Of a stretch of DNA of 51,238 nucleotides, positions 6,682-14,188 are shown piece after piece. Position numbers and translations under genes: made by a program. How positions within the stretch are numbered: position 1 is the first letter of the stretch; every line of letters starts with the position of its first letter. Under the pieces are notes generated by a model, which saw only the letters and a program-made list of their open reading frames with translations, made no database searches and was not told the origin of the DNA. The stretch is from Gammaproteobacteria bacterium (GTDB lineage Bacteria > Pseudomonadota > Gammaproteobacteria > Pseudomonadales > Azotimanducaceae), in assembly GCA_030432795.1 (NCBI GenBank), contig JAUILW010000001.1:1-51238 (forward strand), read 5' to 3'.

Positions 6682-6992
6682 CGAAATGCGAGGATGAGTT
6701 CCCTGGCGATCAAAGCAAAGACCGTTCCTGCGGCCGCCCAGGCGGCGAGCTGGATGATCATCGGGATCGGCTTGGCGTTGGCGATGCGCCGTGCTTTGGC
6801 GTCCCTGGCGAGGCCGGTGGCGCGCAGGCAGGCGGCGGGGTAATCGTCATATGGTCCGGCAACCACGCGGGATCCACGCGGCGGGTGCGGCGTAACCACC
6901 GGGGCGGTGTTGCCGGCTTCGATGACGACGTAGAACTGCTTTTTCGGTTGGTTGCTGCCCATCGGGCGCAGCGAGGTCGGGGTGCGTGACAT
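6678..6992 (-). CDS. Hypothetical protein with C-terminal transmembrane helix (104 aa)
   Basis: GGAGAAATCGC precedes ATG at 6992. C-terminus PIPMIIQLAAWAAAGTVFALIARELILAF. ATGA coupling to the next gene. Confidence 0.55.
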   Translation of the reverse strand: MSRTPTSLRPMGSNQPKKQFYVVIEAGNTAPVVTPHPPRGSRVVAGPYDDYPAACLRATGLARDAKARRIANAKPIPMIIQLAAWAAAGTVFALIARELILAFR

Positions 6993-7081
6993 GCGATTTC
7001 TCCGTGATGCGTGTGGTGTCGGCGGATCATCGCGCGGCCGTTCGGCGCCCGTCAAGGTCCTGGGCGCCGTCGGCCCGGTGC

Positions 7082-7321
7082 CTACTTGAAGTCGACCCGG
7101 ACCTTCTTCCCCGACGGAAACCGGGCGTAGAGCTGCAGCTTGCCGTTGTTTTCTTCCAGGGCGTGCAGGTGCTCGTAAAGCGCGATCGCTCGGCCGATGA
7201 CCGCCAGCATGGTCGTGAACCCGAGTTTCTTCCGGCGCCGCTCAAGCATCGCCCACAACTCGTTTTTCATCTGGAAGGTCACCGCGATCAGGTCGGGGCG
7301 TTCTTTGCCGTTACTCGCCAT
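7082..7321 (-). CDS. Ribbon-helix-helix (CopG/Arc-like) protein (79 aa)
   Basis: AGGAG RBS. IAVTFQMKNELWAMLERRRKKLGFTTMLAVIGRAIALY fits the strand-helix-helix pattern. Confidence 0.6.
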   Translation of the reverse strand: MASNGKERPDLIAVTFQMKNELWAMLERRRKKLGFTTMLAVIGRAIALYEHLHALEENNGKLQLYARFPSGKKVRVDFK

Positions 7322-7583
7322 TGCTCGTTTGCTCCTGCGTTGGTTGGTCGATCTCGGTGGTGTCGCCGGGCCAGTTTTCCAGCGCGCCGATCTGCGTTGC
7401 CTCCTGGAGCAGGGCGTTGTAGTCCGCCCATGCCGCCTCGAACTCGTCGGGGTTATCCGGTGGCAAGTTCTCTAGGCACCAGGTTTCGAAGTCGAGCGCG
7501 ATGGCGTGCTGCATATCGTCGGCTGCGTAGAGCCGCACTCCCTCATCGGCCCGAACCCTGTATACGTACTTGCGCGCGCTCAT
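7311..7583 (-). CDS. Strongly acidic small protein (90 aa)
   Basis: ATGA coupling to the upstream gene. About 19 D/E versus 5 K/R residues. Confidence 0.6.
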   Translation of the reverse strand: MSARKYVYRVRADEGVRLYAADDMQHAIALDFETWCLENLPPDNPDEFEAAWADYNALLQEATQIGALENWPGDTTEIDQPTQEQTSNGE

Positions 7584-8122
7584 CAGTGCGTCACCGTCGG
7601 CTGCTGCTCGGCGCTGTGGTTCTCGCTGAAGAGGTCCGGGGCGTTGGGGGCGATCTCGAACCGCACCAGGGCTTTGTTGTAAACCTCCAACACCGCCTTG
7701 CCCTGGTCGGGGGTGCAGGGCGTCGAAACCAGGAAGGCAAGACCGTAGAGCTTCTTTTGCGGGTGGCGGGTGAACTTGTGAACCTTCGCGTTCGGCCACC
7801 GCGCGAGCTGTTTGGTGGATTGCCACATGCCGACGACGTGCTCGGGGTACTCGGCGCCAAACGGCACCTTTGCGAGGAGGTGGGTCATTTCCTCCGCGGC
7901 CGCGGGGGCGTCCGCGAGGGAATCGGTTTCTAGGAGCTGGGCGTGGACCGATGCCCAATTGTCCGGGCTGTTGGCGTGCTGCTCGCAGTAAACCGTTAGG
8001 TCGACGGCCGTGACGCTGTCCTGGCCGTGCTTTTCGGTTCGCACGTTCACGTGCGTGATCATCCCGACGATCGTGTCGATCTCGATCTCGCGCGCTTCGG
8101 TTTCGTCATCTTCGACGCTCAT
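7583..8122 (-). CDS. Hypothetical protein (179 aa) immediately downstream of recT
   Basis: ATGA coupling to the recT stop. No family recognised. Confidence 0.7.
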   Translation of the reverse strand: MSVEDDETEAREIEIDTIVGMITHVNVRTEKHGQDSVTAVDLTVYCEQHANSPDNWASVHAQLLETDSLADAPAAAEEMTHLLAKVPFGAEYPEHVVGMWQSTKQLARWPNAKVHKFTRHPQKKLYGLAFLVSTPCTPDQGKAVLEVYNKALVRFEIAPNAPDLFSENHSAEQQPTVTH

Positions 8123-9099
8123 GCTTCTGGTTCCTCATGGTGGTTGGTGCGCGCCATGTCGCGCGCGCGTTGGTGGATCTGTGCGCGGATGATGCTCTGC
8201 TCCGCCGAAGTGAGCGTGCTGTCTTTCAGCTCGGCGAGCAAACGGTTCGCGTCTGTGGGGCTGCTGAATGGCTGCTCAAGGCGTTCCTGCCAGAGGCGGA
8301 GGTCGCGTGCGTGCGCGATGCCGTCCTCGCCTCCTGGGACAACGGTGGCCGCTTCCGCGTTGTTTCTGAAGGCCATGTTGCGCATCTGCTCGGCCAGCTC
8401 GGCGGCCTGGGCGTCCACCTGGTGGTTGATCATCAGCGCCTCGCTGCCGGTTTCCCAATGCGGACCGTATTCGTCATCGGTGTTGGTGCCGCTGAGCAGC
8501 TCGGGGAATCCCTTCCGCAGGGCCTGCGCTTCTGCGCACTTGGCGAGCTGGGCGAACGGCCGGCGGCGCCACATCGAGTTCGGCGTCTCTTTCGTGCGGG
8601 ATACCGTTGCGTAGTTTTCCAGCCAACGCTCGACCGCTTCGTACTCGGCGATGTGGCCGCTGGGAAGGACCCGCTTAACCGTCACCCGGCACCATTCCGG
8701 GTAGCTCACGCGGACCGGGCCGCCGTCATCGATCCATTCGCCGTCTATGGTCGGCCCGAACTCCGGCACAGAGGTTTGCGCGTGCTCGCCGGTCCGGCTG
8801 GCCTGCGTGCGGTACAGGCCGATGCTGCCGAGCAGCGTCCATCGATCCTCCCACCGCTCTGGCTGTCCGCGCTCGGCGACGTTCACGCGGTGCTTCACCG
8901 GGTGGACCGGTTTCTGCATCGGGTTGAGGCCCATCACCTTGCAGTAGTTCACCACCAGGTAGATCACGTGGTCGGGTGCGTCCGGGTAATGCGTGGCGCG
9001 AAGCGCGGCGATCAGGTCGGCATCGCCAAGCCGCCGCATGGCGGTGGCGTCGAAGTCCGTCTGTTGCTGGGTGACGGTTCCCTGCTCCGCCACGCTCAC
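8119..9099 (-). CDS. recT: RecT/Bet-family single-strand annealing recombinase
   Basis: YLVVNYCKVMGLNPMQKPVH...WRRRPFAQLAKCAEAQALRKGFPE is typical of the RecT family. The start is set at GTG 9099 (GTGA overlap with the upstream stop). ATG 9039 or 9177 are alternatives. Confidence 0.85.
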   Translation of the reverse strand: MSVAEQGTVTQQQTDFDATAMRRLGDADLIAALRATHYPDAPDHVIYLVVNYCKVMGLNPMQKPVHPVKHRVNVAERGQPERWEDRWTLLGSIGLYRTQASRTGEHAQTSVPEFGPTIDGEWIDDGGPVRVSYPEWCRVTVKRVLPSGHIAEYEAVERWLENYATVSRTKETPNSMWRRRPFAQLAKCAEAQALRKGFPELLSGTNTDDEYGPHWETGSEALMINHQVDAQAAELAEQMRNMAFRNNAEAATVVPGGEDGIAHARDLRLWQERLEQPFSSPTDANRLLAELKDSTLTSAEQSIIRAQIHQRARDMARTNHHEEPEA

Positions 9100-9368
9100 C
9101 GGTTCACCGGCTTGGCGACGGCGCGGGTCAGCGCCATGCATCCCTGCTCGAAATGCGTTCTTGCGATGCTCGCCCATCGGCCGGCCTGGGAATCGACGAG
9201 CAGATCGTCGCCGGCTGGCGTTCCGCCGTTCGGGCTCGCAAGCGACCGATTGTGCGCGTTCACTTCATCGACCAGCTCGACCAGGAGGCGCTCAAAACTC
9301 TTCAAGTTGTTGATCAACTTAAGCTCCACCGTGTCGAGTTCCCGGTATCCATCGATCTTCTGGCTCAT
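9096..9368 (-). CDS. Small helical protein, candidate Acb2-like cyclic-nucleotide sponge (90 aa)
   Basis: N-terminal GYRELD..ELKLINNLK and C-terminal GRWASIARTHFEQGCMALTRAV helix. This architecture is recalled for Acb2/Tad1-hairpin-type proteins. ATGA coupling on the upstream side. Confidence 0.4.
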   Translation of the reverse strand: MSQKIDGYRELDTVELKLINNLKSFERLLVELVDEVNAHNRSLASPNGGTPAGDDLLVDSQAGRWASIARTHFEQGCMALTRAVAKPVNR

Positions 9369-9688
9369 AGCTCGTTCCTGTATTTGATGTGTGCGGGGTG
9401 GATGCTTTCCACCAGGGTGCGCGCGGCCCACTTCCCGCCGCTGCGGATCGCGGTTCCAATGAACCAGATTTCGGCGAGCAGAAATCCCTGAATCCGCAGC
9501 TCCATATGCTCCCCGACGAGGATCTGTCGTTCTGTGCTCTCAGCGGTCAGGGCCGCGCTTAGGTGGATGTTGCTCGAAACCGTGGCGAGGTCCTGCTCGT
9601 CATCGACCGGGTCGAAGTCCACGTGGATGAAGTTCCTCCCCGCGGTAAAGACGAGGCGCTGTGCTGAAGTGACGGTCATCTCCTGCAT
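9365..9688 (-). CDS. Hypothetical protein (107 aa), tandem paralog A
   Basis: Shares QRL.f..G...I.VD and L.L.[IV].GF..A..W[FY]I with the 9748..10071 product. AGGAAAC RBS. Confidence 0.7.
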   Translation of the reverse strand: MQEMTVTSAQRLVFTAGRNFIHVDFDPVDDEQDLATVSSNIHLSAALTAESTERQILVGEHMELRIQGFLLAEIWFIGTAIRSGGKWAARTLVESIHPAHIKYRNEL

Positions 9689-9747
9689 GGTGTTGTTTCC
9701 TACTCGGTTTAGTGGATGTGTGGCTCGGCGCCGGTCGCTCTGCTGGC

Positions 9748-10071
9748 TTATGCGCCGTCGCGTTCTTCATTGGTTGGCGGATTCAATCCCTCGCAGTGGA
9801 GGTGTGCCCACCATGTGCCGTCGCTGCTCCAATTGCTTTTGATGTACCAAACGCGCGCGATTTCAAAGCCTTCGACCTGCAGGTGCAGGCAATCACCGGG
9901 ATCGAGGGTTCTCTCGCTGAGCTTTACTTCATAACCGTTGAGCTGCCTCCTGATCGACGTGGCGACCGCGCATTCTGGTCGGCCCAAATGCTGGCGAAGG
10001 TCGACAAAGATCGATCTTCCGCCGCCGGAGTACGTCAAGCGTTGTTTTTCGCTCACCGCTATCTGGAACAT
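9748..10071 (-). CDS. Hypothetical protein (107 aa), tandem paralog B
   Basis: AGGAGAG RBS. The upstream flank resembles that of paralog A (CCTACT..CAGTGGAYGTG). Confidence 0.7.
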   Translation of the reverse strand: MFQIAVSEKQRLTYSGGGRSIFVDLRQHLGRPECAVATSIRRQLNGYEVKLSERTLDPGDCLHLQVEGFEIARVWYIKSNWSSDGTWWAHLHCEGLNPPTNEERDGA

Positions 10072-10087
10072 GTGTTCTCTCCTACTT

Positions 10088-11005
10088 TCAGTGGACGTGA
10101 AGCCGCCGGGATGGCGGCGTGCTGTGCTTCCGGACCGCTTGCTCGTACATCGACTTCGAGACCACCGGGTAAAGCTCGGCGCAGACTGACTGCCAATCGA
10201 TGTGCCTGGCGGCGGGTGCGGTCCAGGAAATCAGTTTGTTGCCGTGCTCGTCCGTGAAACCCGCGCGGATGCCAAGCGCCAGAGCGACCTGGTCGGCGAG
10301 CTGCTCGCGGCGATCGCGGTACTCTTTGACGTGCTTGGCAATCGCCGCCAACTCGAGGTGCACCGCTCGCAGCTCCGGGGTGGCGGTGATGTACTCGCGG
10401 TTGTCGGTGGCGTGCAGCAGCAGCACGTCGGCGGCGTTGACCGGCTCCGGCATCCGTTCTTCGATGACGCGCTGGTGAAAGTCCGCTTCGAGGCGCAGCA
10501 TCTCCCTGCGCACCGTCGGGTCCGATGTGATCTCAAAGTCCCTCGCTTTGATGCCGCCGATGAGCACCGAGAGCCATGCTTCGTCGCCGTACCCGCTGAC
10601 CGCCAGCTGGTGTTCGACCTGCAGCCGATAATCGATCGGCGGTTGGTCGGTGAACTCGTGCTCCATCCACGGCGCGGCCGTTTTCGCCTCCAGCGGCCGA
10701 TCCTCCGGCTCGACCAAAAAGTCCAGGTTTGCTGCGCGGTAGTCGTCGTAAAGGGTCACCGTCTGCGGTACCGCGCGCCGGCCGTACTGCCGGTGCCGGA
10801 GATTGAAGAACGCGCCCACCACCGGCTCCATCAGGTTTCCCAGGGCGGCGCGTTCTTCGTCCATCGGTGTGCGTTGCCGGCGGCCCGTTTTATCGAGCCA
10901 CAGCTCCAGGCGGGTGCACCAGCGCGATACGCCGCACGCGGCGGCCGCATCGCTCGACCCGATGAACCACCGCCGGTTCTCGCGTTGCCTTTCGGTGATG
11001 GTCAT
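10088..11005 (-). CDS. YqaJ/lambda-Exo-like PD-(D/E)XK recombination exonuclease
   Basis: RRWFIGSSDAAAACGVSRWCTRLELWLDKTG plus a downstream D...E.K-type core. Synteny with recT. The start at ATG 11005 overlaps the upstream stop (ATGA). Confidence 0.8.
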   Translation of the reverse strand: MTITERQRENRRWFIGSSDAAAACGVSRWCTRLELWLDKTGRRQRTPMDEERAALGNLMEPVVGAFFNLRHRQYGRRAVPQTVTLYDDYRAANLDFLVEPEDRPLEAKTAAPWMEHEFTDQPPIDYRLQVEHQLAVSGYGDEAWLSVLIGGIKARDFEITSDPTVRREMLRLEADFHQRVIEERMPEPVNAADVLLLHATDNREYITATPELRAVHLELAAIAKHVKEYRDRREQLADQVALALGIRAGFTDEHGNKLISWTAPAARHIDWQSVCAELYPVVSKSMYEQAVRKHSTPPSRRLHVH

Positions 11006-11373
11006 GGGTGGTTCCGGGCGGCGTACTCGAGGACCTCGCAGAGCAGGTTGAGCCGGCCGCCGCTGAACTCCATGCGCCAGAGCCGGTGGGGGTCGATTTC
11101 GGTTTGCCGGCGCAACGCATCGACGTCGGCTTTCAGCCTGAGGACCAGCTCGCGGGTGTGCTCGGTCCATTGCGGGCTGCGCGGCTCGCCCGGCACCAGG
11201 TCCGGCATGAACTTGCGCACGTACTCGAGCTGGGCCTGGCGCAGGATCTGGATCTGCCGGTCCGCCTGCTGCTGGTCTAACTTCCCGGTCTGGATCTGCC
11301 TGGGGTACACCCGCTCGCGCAGGCGTATCTCGCGTAGCAGCTCGGCGGCGATCTCCTGGTCGGTGTAGCTCAT
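11002..11373 (-). CDS. Hypothetical protein (123 aa)
   Basis: ATGA coupling at both ends. Contains REIRLRERVYPRQIQTGKL. No family assigned. Confidence 0.65.
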   Translation of the reverse strand: MSYTDQEIAAELLREIRLRERVYPRQIQTGKLDQQQADRQIQILRQAQLEYVRKFMPDLVPGEPRSPQWTEHTRELVLRLKADVDALRRQTEIDPHRLWRMEFSGGRLNLLCEVLEYAARNHP

Positions 11374-11672
11374 GCCGTGACCTCCGTGCTGCGGTTCCAT
11401 TCTTCGGTGTTGAAGACGTCGGGGTCCTTCGGGGGGCCTATCGGCCGCAGAAATGCAATCGGGTAGGCGATGTCTTTGAAATATTCGATGGCGAACTGCA
11501 GCTGGTCGTTTTCGGCGGCGACCAGGTCCTGAAGGATGCGGTTCCGCATCCAGCAGGGCCGGCCGCAGTCATGGGTGCTGATGCTCGCGCCGACGACCAC
11601 CGTGGTGTTCAGAAGGTGCGGAAATAGCGGCGGCGAGACAACGATCAGGCAGCGGGTGCCGGGGATGTACAT
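11370..11672 (-). CDS. Hypothetical protein (100 aa), first gene of the leftward operon
   Basis: GGAGGAAC RBS upstream of ATG 11672. Confidence 0.65.
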   Translation of the reverse strand: MYIPGTRCLIVVSPPLFPHLLNTTVVVGASISTHDCGRPCWMRNRILQDLVAAENDQLQFAIEYFKDIAYPIAFLRPIGPPKDPDVFNTEEWNRSTEVTA

Positions 11673-11712
11673 GGTGGAGTTCCTCCGTCAGGCGTTGATG
11701 TGGTGTCCGGGC

Positions 11713-11741
11713 ACAATACGCCGGCCGATGGTCGCGCTCAA
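11713..11741 (-). promoter_or_regulatory. Putative leftward promoter
   Basis: On the - strand: TTGAGC (11741-11736), 17-nt spacer, TATTGT (11718-11713), about 40 nt upstream of the first - strand gene. Confidence 0.45.
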
Positions 11742-11768
11742 GCCTGGAACCGTCGGCGTTCGGTAAGC

Positions 11769-11806
11769 CCTAGGCCAGCCCTGGGCTTGCCTAGGGCTGG
11801 CCTAGG
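11769..11806. repeat. 38-bp near-perfect palindrome containing three CCTAGG sites
   Basis: CCTAGGCCAGCCCTGGGC-tt-GCCTAGGGCTGGCCTAGG: 17 Watson-Crick pairs plus 1 G.T pair. Confidence 0.9.
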
Positions 11807-11815
11807 TTAAGCCGT

Positions 11816-11843
11816 GCTGATTCCTGAATCCTGATTCCTGATC
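11816..11843. repeat. Four tandem heptads (G/C)CTGA(T/A)(T/C)
   Basis: GCTGATT CCTGAAT CCTGATT CCTGATC, immediately followed by the hairpin CCCCGGC...GCCGGGG (11843-11867). Confidence 0.85.
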
Positions 11844-11886
11844 CCCGGCTCGCTGCGCTCGCCGGGGTTCTCGCTCCGATTCGAAC

Positions 11887-11916
11887 TTGTTTCCAGCTGC
11901 TGGTTGATCGTATGTT
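11887..11916 (+). promoter_or_regulatory. Putative rightward promoter
   Basis: TTGTTT (11887-11892), 18-nt spacer, TATGTT (11911-11916), upstream of the replication-organiser-like gene. Confidence 0.4.
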
Positions 11917-11972
11917 TGCACCCAGCCGGGTGCTCGCGCTCGGCCAGACACCACTCAATGCCTGACGGAGGA

Positions 11973-13004
11973 ATGCTTTTGCGAAGCCGCAATATCAAGC
12001 CTGGTTTCTTCACCTGTCCTGAACTCATCGCCTGCGACTACCCCGCGCGTATTCTGTTCTCCGGCCTATGGTGCTGTGCCGATCGGGAGGGTCGCTTGGA
12101 GGATCGCCCGGCGAAGCTCCGCCTTGAGCTGTTTCCTGGCGATCCCGATCTCGACGTCGATCAGCTGCTGCATCAGCTGGAATCCGGCGGGCTCATCGAA
12201 CGCTACCAGGCGCAGGGCCTGCGCGTGATTCGGGTCTGCAAGTTCGCCCAACATCAAAACCCGCACCACCGCGAGCGCGCTTCCGATCTGCCGCCTCCGC
12301 CGGATGCCGGCATGCCGCCAGACCTGACCGCTCCGCCGAGCTCTGAGTCGCTCCCGCCGATCGAGGTGGTCGAAGAGGTTTATCAGGTGGGTGGTGTTCC
12401 GTCGGATGCGCATCCGGTGCAGCAGCCGCTTCCGGCGATCGGTGTGGTGCTGACGAAACCAAAACCGCAAATTCCGAAGGACGAAATCGTCCGCGCCTGG
12501 ATGGATATTTGCGCACCTGCGGGTGCGGGCGATTTCGAGGGCTGGTCGCCTGCTCGGGTGAAGAAGCTCCGCCAGCGATGCATGGATGATCCGTCCCGGT
12601 TCGATGTGCGCTGGTGGCGTGATCTGTTCGAACGCGTCGCGGTTTCGCCGTTCCTGTGCGGAAAGGGGGCGAGCGGGTGGCGTGCAACGCTTTCCTGGCT
12701 GCTGGAGCGGGAGAACCTGCTACGGGTGCTGGAGGGTCAGTACGATCCTCGAACTGGTGATGAGGATGGTGTCCCTGCGGCGCAACTGGCGGCCGTGGAG
12801 CGCGAGCTGCGGTATGTCGATGCGGCGATCCGGGGTGCTCCGTCGCGGTCCCAGGATCCTGTCACGGCCGCTGTGATCAACGACATGGGCGGTTACAAAC
12901 GCCTGGGGGCTCAGCCTCCGCGCGAGCTGCCTCGGCACCTGGCGACGTTCCGGCGGGCCTACCTGGCGCGGATCCGGTATCAGCTGCAGGGGGTGGCCTC
13001 GTGA
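11973..13004 (+). CDS. Replication-organiser-like protein (phage replication initiation family, N-terminal RNIKPGFF motif)
   Basis: RSRNIKPGFFTCPELIACDYPARILFSGLWCCADREGRLEDRPAKLRLELFP matches a widespread phage replication/helper N-terminal domain. GGAGGA at 11967-11972 favours TTG 11979 as the true start; ATG 11973 or 11958 are possible. Confidence 0.6.
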   Translation: MLLRSRNIKPGFFTCPELIACDYPARILFSGLWCCADREGRLEDRPAKLRLELFPGDPDLDVDQLLHQLESGGLIERYQAQGLRVIRVCKFAQHQNPHHRERASDLPPPPDAGMPPDLTAPPSSESLPPIEVVEEVYQVGGVPSDAHPVQQPLPAIGVVLTKPKPQIPKDEIVRAWMDICAPAGAGDFEGWSPARVKKLRQRCMDDPSRFDVRWWRDLFERVAVSPFLCGKGASGWRATLSWLLERENLLRVLEGQYDPRTGDEDGVPAAQLAAVERELRYVDAAIRGAPSRSQDPVTAAVINDMGGYKRLGAQPPRELPRHLATFRRAYLARIRYQLQGVAS

Positions 13005-13327
13005 ACCGCAAATCCGGCGACGTCGATGTCGAATTCCTTATGACCGTCGCGCGCCTGCACGCGCAGGGTGCCGAACCCGGCGCGTACGCTCGCCAGGTCG
13101 CCATGTCCTATGGCGGTGACCGCGATGCCGGCATTCCGCATGCGGTCTGGTGGTTGCTGGAAGTGAAGAAAGTCCCGCCACCGCGGGTGCCGGTCCTGCT
13201 CGCCGACTACGTCGAGATCCGCCCGGAGGACGTCGAACCGCTCGCCCTGGCGCACGTCGAAAGGGTGAAGCAAACTTACAATCTGGACCTGCCGTTCGAC
13301 CCGGTGCGGCCCATCACAGAATACTGA
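13001..13327 (+). CDS. Hypothetical protein (108 aa)
   Basis: GTGA overlap with the upstream stop. GC3-rich. Confidence 0.6.
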   Translation: MNRKSGDVDVEFLMTVARLHAQGAEPGAYARQVAMSYGGDRDAGIPHAVWWLLEVKKVPPPRVPVLLADYVEIRPEDVEPLALAHVERVKQTYNLDLPFDPVRPITEY

Positions 13328-13337
13328 GGAGGCGCTC

Positions 13338-13928
13338 ATGCCGTTGCTTGAAACCTACCGCGAGACCTGCGTTTGCGGGTGCGAACTCGAAATGCGCGGC
13401 GCGGATGATGTGAAGATCACCCGCCATGTGATCGCTGACTTCGTTGATCGCCATGCCGGGTGTCTGGAGCTGTACCGTGCGCGCCGTGGGCTGGTCCAAA
13501 TCGAGGGCGCCGATGGCGTTCTCGCGCCGCTTGAGTTCGGTTCGGCGCGGCCGCTTCCCGATCCGCTGGTCGATGCCGACCAGACACCGGAGCCGGTTAA
13601 GGCTGAGCGCCGCGCCTCCAACGTCCGCGCGCTGGAGCGTTTGATCGTTTCCTACGTGCACCGGCGTTTGACGCTGTGCGGGCGCCGCGCCGAGCTGGCC
13701 GCTTTGCTGCTCGAATTGGAGCCGGATGGCGCTGCATACAACGCATTCTGGCAAAGCTACTCCGGTGCTGCAGATCGGCATCAATCGGTAGGTTTGACCG
13801 ATGCCGACATCGAGGCGCTGGACGCCGTTCGGCGCCTCGGGGGGCCCGAGAGCGTGTGGGGGCTGCTTTCGGTCATCCAGGACGCCTCGGCGGCCGAAGA
13901 GGCGAACGCCAACGGGGCGGCCGGGTGA
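13338..13928 (+). CDS. Hypothetical protein (196 aa) with N-terminal Cys cluster
   Basis: GAGGAGG RBS. Contains CVCGC...H.GC near the N-terminus. Confidence 0.7.
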   Translation: MPLLETYRETCVCGCELEMRGADDVKITRHVIADFVDRHAGCLELYRARRGLVQIEGADGVLAPLEFGSARPLPDPLVDADQTPEPVKAERRASNVRALERLIVSYVHRRLTLCGRRAELAALLLELEPDGAAYNAFWQSYSGAADRHQSVGLTDADIEALDAVRRLGGPESVWGLLSVIQDASAAEEANANGAAG

Positions 13929-14188
13929 GGCGCCGTCGGCCGGATCCGGAGCGGATCGCCTGGGAGCGGACGCAGCAGCTGTTTACGCGCAAGGTCTGCG
14001 GCATGGAAATTCCAGCCGATGACCCGGTGCCGCTTGCCATCGACGTCCGGTCGGTGGTCGCTGTTGTCGATCCGCCCGAGGACCAGCTGGATCGCGCCGC
14101 TCATGCGCGTGCCTTCGAGCGCCTTGCGGTTGCCTTCGATGAGGCCTGGGCGGAGGCCACTCTGCCGCTGCTCCGGCGGTCCGGGTGA
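13925..14188 (+). CDS. Hypothetical protein (87 aa)
   Basis: GTGA overlap start. The frame continues to 14188. Confidence 0.5.
   Translation: MRRRRPDPERIAWERTQQLFTRKVCGMEIPADDPVPLAIDVRSVVAVVDPPEDQLDRAAHARAFERLAVAFDEAWAEATLPLLRRSG

Noticed and set aside
11807-12028. 73-aa minus-strand ORF in the divergent control region, considered as a possible small repressor.
   Set aside because: It runs antisense across the predicted rightward promoter and the start of the replication gene. It has no RBS and no HTH-like pattern.
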